Of a stretch of DNA of 64,000 nt, positions 57,080-64,000 are shown one piece after another. The notes under the pieces were generated by a model that was not told the DNA's origin, searched no databases, and was given only the letters and a program-made list of their open reading frames with translations. A program made the translations under genes and the position numbers. Within the stretch, counting starts at the first letter, position 1, and each line of letters starts with the position of its first letter. Location: the sequence record MN988522.1. One strand, 5' to 3'.

Positions 57080-58591
57080 TTACTTAGAGAATGATTCCAT
57101 GAGACGGCTGGTCAGACTTCCACCACGTGTGCGGAGCTCAGATTCCTGATGATCTTCATTTAGAGATTCATTCTGGACTGGCTTCTTAGTCTTACTAGTT
57201 GCATCGTAACGATCAGCAACTGCATCACCCTTGATTGATTCAAGGAGAGACTTAGTTTCTGAAACACCATGCTTCTTGACCATTGCCTCAACTGCTTCGG
57301 ACTTAACTCCGAATTCGGTAGCGATAGATTCAACATCCTTACGGAATGCTTCATCCTTAGACTTAGAAACGATAGACTCAGTCATATCGAAAGCCTTAGA
57401 GATGTCTTCTGGCGTACCTAATGCAGCATAGCTCTCTAGGGTAGCCTTCAGATTCTTAATTTCTTCAGGATTACCTAGTGCCTCGTATTTACCGAGGGAT
57501 TCAAGCTTACTACCTAGCTCTTCAAGATTGCCAAGTTCAGAATAGTTACTGACGACATCTAGCATCCCACTGAGTTCGTCAGGAGATCCAAGATCCTTGT
57601 AATCTTCTACCAGAGTGTCGATACGGTTGAAAGCCTCAGTGAGCTCTTCTGGAGTACCAAACTCTTTATACTGAACAAGCATAGCTTCAGCTTCATCTAG
57701 AGCCTTAGCAACCTGTTCAGCTGTACCTAGATCCTTGTATCCAGATACGGTTGTCTGGAGATCAGCGACCTGACCTTCGAGAACAGTAACCTTGCGATTA
57801 CTATTAGCGACGGACTCTTCAAGTCTACCGATTTCCTTGTCCTTGAGTGCAATCGACTGACTAAGTGCATCAGCTTCATTCGTCTTAGACTTAACTGTGT
57901 TCAGAGCCTCATCAAGTGCTAGCTGGAGCTTAGCCTTGTCCTTTGAGAGAGACTCTAGTAATTCTGTGCTCATGTTATTCTCCGAAATATTATCATCGGT
58001 ATCGATGTTGTCTTGGTTTTCACTTTCGACTAGTACAGGAATAGCCGTCGGTACTCCTGGTCTCTGCACAAAGTCGAATCCTTCTAACTTAAACGTATCA
58101 GGATCTACGACCTTGGAACCACTCTTGGTTGTTCCCTTGTACTCACCAGTTGCTCTTGAAGATACTTTAAGTCGAACTCCACCACGTAGTAGTGCATTTA
58201 GATTGCGACCAGCATCAGTATTCAGGACCTGGATTTCTCCCATCCCAACACCTGTATCTTCGTCAATCCAAAGCTTAGTGACTTTATGACTTGCTTTACC
58301 TTCAAGTAATGATTGATCATCGAGAGGTTGCTCGTGACCAATTGTACCTAATACTTCACCGTAGGACATTCTTTCGGCACTCTCGAAGATCGCTTTCTCC
58401 CAGAGCTTGTCTGAATAGAATCGACCGTTGAGAGACTCACCGTTAACTGTAAAGAATGGTCCTGCGACTCTCGCTAGGATATTGACACCGTCAACAACAC
58501 GATCTTCTTCCGACTCAGTCATAACCGTCCAAGGCTTCATATGCTTAGGATCGATATTGAATGAGTCAACGATCAGTTTCTTTTCAGACAT
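57080..58591 (-). CDS. Prohead protease fused to scaffold (gp21 + gp22-like)
   Basis: NGRFYS..LW..GTIGH..SHKV..VSSRATG..FDFVQRPG protease motifs, then a coiled-coil scaffold region. Confidence 0.88.
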   Translation of the reverse strand: MSEKKLIVDSFNIDPKHMKPWTVMTESEEDRVVDGVNILARVAGPFFTVNGESLNGRFYSDKLWEKAIFESAERMSYGEVLGTIGHEQPLDDQSLLEGKASHKVTKLWIDEDTGVGMGEIQVLNTDAGRNLNALLRGGVRLKVSSRATGEYKGTTKSGSKVVDPDTFKLEGFDFVQRPGVPTAIPVLVESENQDNIDTDDNISENNMSTELLESLSKDKAKLQLALDEALNTVKSKTNEADALSQSIALKDKEIGRLEESVANSNRKVTVLEGQVADLQTTVSGYKDLGTAEQVAKALDEAEAMLVQYKEFGTPEELTEAFNRIDTLVEDYKDLGSPDELSGMLDVVSNYSELGNLEELGSKLESLGKYEALGNPEEIKNLKATLESYAALGTPEDISKAFDMTESIVSKSKDEAFRKDVESIATEFGVKSEAVEAMVKKHGVSETKSLLESIKGDAVADRYDATSKTKKPVQNESLNEDHQESELRTRGGSLTSRLMESFSK

Positions 58592-59300
58592 CCTGAATCT
58601 CCATTAGGGACTTCAGATAGTCAACATTTGACTTCATCTCAAGTATTTTAAAGTACTTAACGAGCATTCCATATGTCAGGTCTTCATTGACATCCTGCGA
58701 CTCTAATTGAGAAGATAACTCTTCTGGTTCGAAATCCACGACTGTCGATAACGCTGATAATACCTCAACTTGTTCTACAAGTCTCAGTAGTAATTCGAGT
58801 TCGTCATATGAAATGTCTTCATACTTGCCATCATGAACTTTCTGTTCAAGAGAAGCAAGGTGAGGTAGCGAATACTCAAGAAGAAAATCGAAATCTACAT
58901 CTTCATCCATGCTCGATCGGTAATATTCACCTTCGATGAATAGATGAGTACGCAGAGAACTTAATGCTTTAAGAGTCTCGTACTTCGTATTATCAATACT
59001 CTCGAATCTATTGGTAATACGAGTAGCAAGAAATCGACCGAGTTGTCGATGGAATTTCTTACCTTCAGTAGACTTATGCCACTTTCGTACACCTTTCAGA
59101 TGCGAGTATCTATGTCTTCTCCAGCTAGCTTTGCCTATCTGAGATCTTCTGAAATCTTTTACTTTAGATACCAGAGTTTTACGATTCTTAAGGAATATTT
59201 CATGCAGATCGTCAGGGATCGTGTCCTGACCGATAAGATCTATTCTCTCCATTTCTGTACAGAATAGAGACCTATCAAGATCTGATTTGAACTTGACCAT
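58584..59300 (-). CDS. Putative prohead core-associated protein
   Basis: Basic R/K/H-rich segment then acidic region; lies between portal and protease. Confidence 0.4.
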   Translation of the reverse strand: MVKFKSDLDRSLFCTEMERIDLIGQDTIPDDLHEIFLKNRKTLVSKVKDFRRSQIGKASWRRHRYSHLKGVRKWHKSTEGKKFHRQLGRFLATRITNRFESIDNTKYETLKALSSLRTHLFIEGEYYRSSMDEDVDFDFLLEYSLPHLASLEQKVHDGKYEDISYDELELLLRLVEQVEVLSALSTVVDFEPEELSSQLESQDVNEDLTYGMLVKYFKILEMKSNVDYLKSLMEIQDV

Positions 59301-59369
59301 GATTATATCCTACACGGAGGGTCGTGCTACCGTCCCTCCTCCTGGAGTTATCTGAGGATTAAACGACTA

Positions 59370-60914
59370 TTAAGATGGTGCTGAACCATCGTCGTCTTTA
59401 CTATCCGAATCTTTAACAATCTTAGGTTCTAATTTAGAAGTCTTGGGATTGGGTTGATTCGTATTTCGGCTATTGCCTTTATGTTCACCATCGTATTTCA
59501 AGAAGTTCAGCTTATCCTGAAGGAATGTCTTCAAGGCATCTTCGTCAACAATATCATTCAGACCTGCCTCTTCAATGTCATTCAAGAAGGTGAAAGTATT
59601 ACGCAACATACCAACGGTAGCGTCATGATACTCTAGCTTCTCGAGTTCGTCAACATTGACTGTTTCATTAAGGAACTGAACTTCTAGATCTGCGAGAGTT
59701 ACATCGCGAGTAGCAGTACAATTCTTCAAGTGAGTTAAGCAGATTTGAAGAACACCAGATGCAATACTGTTCTGGATGGCTTTAATCTTACGCAGATATC
59801 TAGCGTACTTCTTAATAGTCTCTGTCTTGGATGCTCCACCGAAGAAGAGCTCTGTAGGGAATCCAATTGATGTACAGATTACGTCTCGAGTATCTCGAAT
59901 CGTATTCATAACGTCACTGACATTACTATTATTTCGAACGTCGATATTCTGCATACCACCTTTACCAGCAAAGGTAGGTACAACTTTAATTCGACCTGCA
60001 ACAGTCAGAATATCTGATGCAGTCAACATTCCTGACTGTGGATCAACAGCAATCTTCTTATTGAAAAGATTTTCATACTCTCTTGCAATATTGAATGCTT
60101 CCTTAGGGTCAGTTGATGCAGGAACTTCTACACCAACGATCGATCCAGCTGTAATATCAGAAAGCTTAACTGCAGGAATCAATTTCTCAAGAAGTTGTAG
60201 CTCCTTGATCTTTGATAGAACTCCGAACAGAATAGGCTTGCCAATACGAGCATGAGATGGTAGCTGAGATAGTCCTTCAATTTTGGACAATTCCTGCTTC
60301 TCATGTTCTGAGAATGTAGGTACTCTGATCTTGCGACCAGAAAGAATAAAGTGAGCGATCTCGTGAGGATCTTTCAATTCATAAGAATCTTGATTAGAAC
60401 GATTCTTAGTCTTGACAAGAAACTTGAACGGATAACCTTGACGATAAAATCCGAGAATTGCTGATGGATTCAGATCGTCAGTAATTTCAGTCACACCCTT
60501 ACCAGGTTGGATTGTCATACGAAGAGGATACTCACCATATGAAAGCAAGTCTGGCGTAATATCATTTACGATATTATCGAGGTCGAACATCTTCTGAAAC
60601 TTCTCAAGTTCTCTATTGTACTTCTCATTAGGAGAAGTAACTTTGAGAATCTCACCTGAACTGATGTCTGGAGTGAGAGCGTCTTCAGAGATATTTGTGA
60701 GAAGAGCATCAACCAGATAATAACCTTTGACCTGATTGAACTCTTTAAGATAGTCATCTCTCGAATTCACTGCTGATGTGAAGACAGATGCCATAGCACT
60801 AGCTACAACTGGAGATGCTTTAGGAGTTGCACCTGTAGACTTCTTAGCCACAGGTGCAGGAGTAGTCTTGGCTTCGAATACCGAGCCATATAGTCTTTCA
60901 AAGAGTCCTGCCAT
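59370..60914 (-). CDS. Portal protein (gp20-like)
   Basis: Position after terminase; LVDALL..ISEDAL, YGE..LR and FPTELF patterns. Confidence 0.82.
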   Translation of the reverse strand: MAGLFERLYGSVFEAKTTPAPVAKKSTGATPKASPVVASAMASVFTSAVNSRDDYLKEFNQVKGYYLVDALLTNISEDALTPDISSGEILKVTSPNEKYNRELEKFQKMFDLDNIVNDITPDLLSYGEYPLRMTIQPGKGVTEITDDLNPSAILGFYRQGYPFKFLVKTKNRSNQDSYELKDPHEIAHFILSGRKIRVPTFSEHEKQELSKIEGLSQLPSHARIGKPILFGVLSKIKELQLLEKLIPAVKLSDITAGSIVGVEVPASTDPKEAFNIAREYENLFNKKIAVDPQSGMLTASDILTVAGRIKVVPTFAGKGGMQNIDVRNNSNVSDVMNTIRDTRDVICTSIGFPTELFFGGASKTETIKKYARYLRKIKAIQNSIASGVLQICLTHLKNCTATRDVTLADLEVQFLNETVNVDELEKLEYHDATVGMLRNTFTFLNDIEEAGLNDIVDEDALKTFLQDKLNFLKYDGEHKGNSRNTNQPNPKTSKLEPKIVKDSDSKDDDGSAPS

Positions 60915-60922
60915 TTGCTTCT

Positions 60923-62758
60923 CTACTTGTAAACTTGGAAGTCACTCGTACCTAGAATGCCTTCATAACTATTAGTAGGCTTACTACTTGAAGCGATAGC
61001 CTCAATGAATTCCTCCGTTGTCGTATTCGCACGATAACGATTCATACCGAGTTTAGCACTCCAGATAGATCCGCAGATAGCATCAGCACCGTCTTTACTA
61101 CCTTCCATAGGATGGTCGACCTTACGAGTACCGACTTCAAGTTCTTTCAATTCTTTACTTAGGATAGGATGCTTGATCCCATGCCATCTACTCTCAAGAA
61201 TTGCAAGCTTGAATTCATTGTAAGGATCGAAAGTTCTATCACAAGATAGAAGTTCAGTATTGAAACCTTCTAGGAGCAAGTCCTGACGAAGATTTGTTGA
61301 CTGATAACCGTCGGTAGTAATGCAAGTGACTGGATAACCTCGAGCTCGAAGATCAATCATAAGATTCTTGATCTTATAAATTGGTACTTCTTGACCGATA
61401 CGCGCCTCGATGTACATGACAAAGTCAGTACTGTATACCGGAGAGGACTCAACGATCTCCTTACCTGCGATAGCGTCAAATCGCTTCGTAGTAATGATAC
61501 CATCAAGTCTCGTCGATGCAATACCAGTTTTATCGTGTTTGATACCAAGGTCAACATGAATAAATCTCGGACGACGATCCTTGTCAAGTTTAGTGAAGTC
61601 AATAAACTCAATCAATCTCTCATTCGGATTGAAGAAGTCAACAGATACCACATCCTTGTGAACAGGATTATCTTTCTTGAAGGACTCTTCGATCTTCTCC
61701 ACTGATGGAATGAATCGATGAGCTGCCTGAGTACTCTTACCAGCGATGTCCTGAAGTGCTCGGTAAATATCTTTCTCGAAGTTTACCTGATACTCAATTG
61801 GGACATCCATGATGTAGGACTCGTCAATACCAATCGTTCCAGTTTGTGGAGTGATAATGAACGGATCCTTGAATTGGTTACCTACGAATACCTTAAAGGT
61901 CTGACCAGAATACTGAATCTTCCACGGAGGGAGAACCTTCCAGATCGGGTTGTCCCAAATTCTAATCTTAGGATCGTCTTCTCTACCCTTAAGTAGATAA
62001 TCTTCGATGAATGAACCTGAGTCAGTCTTCGAGGAGTCGATCCACATACGTCCTGGGTACGATTCATTCTTCATGAAACGTGACTGGAGACGAGCTAGAA
62101 CACCGTTATAGTTCTCGACTGCCTGACCTGCAACCTTATTCTGGAAGTTAATTTCCGATAGAATAGTTGAGAAGACAGCTTTACCGAGAACGTCTGATGG
62201 ACGAGAACCTGTAATGATATCGATATTGTTAGGAAGAATCGACAATTTACCTGAAGTCTTCTTCATCTCTGATTTGAAGAATGGTGAATTCTTAAGGTAA
62301 GTAATGATCTGGTCGTAAAGAACGGTACCAGCTAGACTCTTCGTAGCGTTCATCAGAGCCAAGACGATCTTGGTACTCTTGATGAGATTATACTTTTCAT
62401 GCGGATCCTTGAGATACAGCAACTTACATAGATCGTAAGTCACACCTGCAAGTGCGCATGTAGACTTACCCTGACCAATCGATCCTGTAAGAACGATCTC
62501 AAGATAAGGTGAGAAGAATGGATTAGGGTAGATCTCATAAAGAGCGCTACGCCAGATCGGATAGGTATTGTCACCAAACATGTCACCCATGAAGTAATCA
62601 TCATCGATGAACTTGTCAATGGTCGGAGGAGCATCTACGTACCCTCCCATTTTAGCGAGAGTACGTAGTGTTTCAGTCTTACCATGAGCAGCCATGAGAT
62701 TCTGTACAAGAGCTCCCATCGACTGATCAACAGGACTCGTGTTATTCTCAGTGCTCAA
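60923..62758 (-). CDS. Terminase large subunit
   Basis: Walker A TGSIGQGKS; RNase H-like nuclease acidic residues HVDLG, TTDGYQS, KDGADA. Confidence 0.92.
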   Translation of the reverse strand: MSTENNTSPVDQSMGALVQNLMAAHGKTETLRTLAKMGGYVDAPPTIDKFIDDDYFMGDMFGDNTYPIWRSALYEIYPNPFFSPYLEIVLTGSIGQGKSTCALAGVTYDLCKLLYLKDPHEKYNLIKSTKIVLALMNATKSLAGTVLYDQIITYLKNSPFFKSEMKKTSGKLSILPNNIDIITGSRPSDVLGKAVFSTILSEINFQNKVAGQAVENYNGVLARLQSRFMKNESYPGRMWIDSSKTDSGSFIEDYLLKGREDDPKIRIWDNPIWKVLPPWKIQYSGQTFKVFVGNQFKDPFIITPQTGTIGIDESYIMDVPIEYQVNFEKDIYRALQDIAGKSTQAAHRFIPSVEKIEESFKKDNPVHKDVVSVDFFNPNERLIEFIDFTKLDKDRRPRFIHVDLGIKHDKTGIASTRLDGIITTKRFDAIAGKEIVESSPVYSTDFVMYIEARIGQEVPIYKIKNLMIDLRARGYPVTCITTDGYQSTNLRQDLLLEGFNTELLSCDRTFDPYNEFKLAILESRWHGIKHPILSKELKELEVGTRKVDHPMEGSKDGADAICGSIWSAKLGMNRYRANTTTEEFIEAIASSSKPTNSYEGILGTSDFQVYK

Positions 62759-62766
62759 GTGAAATC

Positions 62767-63270
62767 CTATTCTTCAGTTGTTTTCTTAGGTGGAGCAGCT
62801 ACAGCATTAACATTCAAGTTAGATAGAATCGCAGAGACGATCGCTTGAACGTCAGTACCTGCTTGAGTCTTATCTGCTGGATCAGTTGCAGCTAGAGCGA
62901 GTAGCTGAGCTTCAACATTACCCCAGTCGATTGACTTAAGAGTCGATCTAACATAAGACGAAGATTCGTTAAGTGCTTCAACACCCATCTTGTAGAGACC
63001 AACCAGTTTGGAGGGTTCTAGATTACGAATCGTATCTTCACTGAAGACCTGACTTTCAAGATTATATACAAGCGCAGATAGATTCGAGACCCTCTTAGCC
63101 TGAACTTCTGCTAGACCGAAGAGGGCCAGTTGAAGACCGACCTCCTTGATTCTCCAGTCATTGAATCCATTTACCTTACGATCGACAAGCTGAATAGCGT
63201 AGTCAATCGATTTCGTTAATTCTGGTGCTTGGGAACTTTCTGAGAATTCATCAGCCAGATCATCACTCAT
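62767..63270 (-). CDS. Putative terminase small subunit
   Basis: Helical 167-aa protein directly upstream of TerL with an AAGGAG SD. Confidence 0.5.
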   Translation of the reverse strand: MSDDLADEFSESSQAPELTKSIDYAIQLVDRKVNGFNDWRIKEVGLQLALFGLAEVQAKRVSNLSALVYNLESQVFSEDTIRNLEPSKLVGLYKMGVEALNESSSYVRSTLKSIDWGNVEAQLLALAATDPADKTQAGTDVQAIVSAILSNLNVNAVAAPPKKTTEE

Positions 63271-63296
63271 CAGGTTCTCCTTAATTGAATAAAGTT

Positions 63297-63660
63297 GGTG
63301 TCCCGATTTCTCAGGACACCATAGTATTATTACATTATATAAATGCCCTTATAAACTGGGCGCTACTAAAAATTGATAAAGGGAGGAGATCAAATAACTT
63401 TGACGAGGATAGTTACGATCTCCTCCCATGCTACTCAGAAAGAGGAGTAGCCACTCAGGCGACAAGACAGACTAGAGAGCTCCAGCACAAACTCAATCTA
63501 GCGAAACGTCTCGTCAGCCAACTACCAAGGAGAGGTTCCCAGTAAGAAGCGCTTCTCATGTATTATGAAAGCTAGTTCTTCCAGAAGGGTTACCTTAAAG
63601 AACTTTCCGACCGGCGTATTGCGGCGCACCCTTCTTCTGAGGAGGACCGACTTACATTAT
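63297..63660. other. Hairpin-dense non-coding region (candidate structured RNA/leader or packaging/origin element)
   Basis: Inverted repeats at 63297-63320, 63381-63427 (11-bp perfect), 63430-63451, 63545-63556 (12-bp palindrome) and 63574-63604. Confidence 0.45.
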
Positions 63661-63733
63661 CAATTATTGGATAATTGTATAATAACTCACGACAAAATAA
63701 AACGCTCTTTCTTTCTTGATTCACGGTTACCTA

Positions 63734-63762
63734 CAGCGAATTGAGCTCTCAAAAGCCTTCCT
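63734..63762 (+). promoter_or_regulatory. Bipartite motif copy 3
   Basis: CAGCGAA-TTGAGCTCTCAA-AAGCCTTCCT, pointing out of the window. Confidence 0.6.
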
Positions 63763-63952
63763 CTACGTAATGCCAGGACCCTCCTTATTATCACATGACA
63801 TTCCACACGAGATTGCATTCGCATTATTCTTATTATAAGAATTGTAATAGACTTTATTACTTATCTCGATTTATCCTACCTTATGGAATTTCATTTTCTC
63901 CTTATTAAAATAAAAATTTTACGAATTTTCACGATCTGACTTTCTTAATTAG

Positions 63953-63998
63953 TTATTATATTATAATAATTATAATTATTATATAATTATTATAATAA
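63953..63998. repeat. 46-bp pure A/T low-complexity TTATA/ATAAT repeat (DUE-like)
   Basis: No G or C from 63953 to 63998; contains palindromic TTATTATA-T-TATAATAA. Confidence 0.7.
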
Positions 63999-64000
63999 GA

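Noticed and set aside
6236-62758. Inteins or group I introns in polymerase, beta-prime or terminase
   Set aside because: Conserved motifs are contiguous; no C/S...HN splice junctions, LAGLIDADG motifs or unexplained interruptions were seen.
63285-63545. 86-aa plus-strand ORF in the divergent region
   Set aside because: No SD, no recognisable motif, and it runs through the hairpin cluster; more likely non-coding.
1-64000. Numerous 60-170-aa ORFs antisense to or out of frame within long genes (e.g. 10481-10915, 13870-14319, 16552-17061, 23568-23951, 35442-35885, 45479-45910, 57897-58289, 59776-60255)
   Set aside because: They fully overlap well-supported genes, show no recognisable SD or motif, and are expected shadows of biased codon usage.
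1-64000. Genome-wide stop-codon reassignment (TAG or TGA)
   Set aside because: Genes end cleanly at TAA, TGA and TAG (e.g. TAG at 11626-11628) with tight packing. In-frame read-through of the TAG at 30475 hits TGA within about 16 codons.
1-64000. tRNA genes
   Set aside because: Intergenic gaps are too short or lack D-loop/T-loop consensus; GTTCGAA-like hits fall inside coding sequence.

Overview
This window is a 64-kb slice of a large, moderately AT-rich, T4-like contractile-tailed (myovirus) phage genome in the standard genetic code. Two-component spanins indicate a Gram-negative host; an alphaproteobacterial host is only a weak inference from accessory modules. Positions 1-15.9 kb (+ strand) carry replication and transcription genes: NAD-dependent ligase (partial), primase, Cas4-like nuclease, dCMP deaminase, DinG-like helicase, YfbR-like HD nucleotidase, family A DNA polymerase with a fused family-4 UDG domain, two paralogous sigma-like proteins, a PC4-like protein and an unsplit bacterial-type RNA polymerase beta-prime. 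A bidirectional terminator at 15.93-15.99 kb separates this from a 47-kb minus-strand virion/lysis block: terminase, portal, protease-scaffold, capsid, neck, sheath, tubes, tape measure, baseplate, tail fibres, lysis cassette, and an SGNH/beta-helix/cadherin cluster. The window ends in a structured, AT-rich divergent non-coding region. The main candidate novelty is a phage transcription system made of the unsplit beta-prime, two divergent sigma-like paralogs and a 17-bp bipartite motif (CAGCGAA-N12-AAGCCTTCCT) found exactly three times in intergenic DNA. One sigma-like protein shares an N-terminal peptide, MS[RK][AS]xx[LI][LI]xx[ILV], with a gp68-like prohead core protein and three other small proteins, suggesting a capsid-targeting signal and a virion-packaged sigma factor. 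Two candidate +1 frameshifts were also found (tail chaperone; duplicated tail-fibre gene). Family calls come from motif recognition by eye; no database searches were run.
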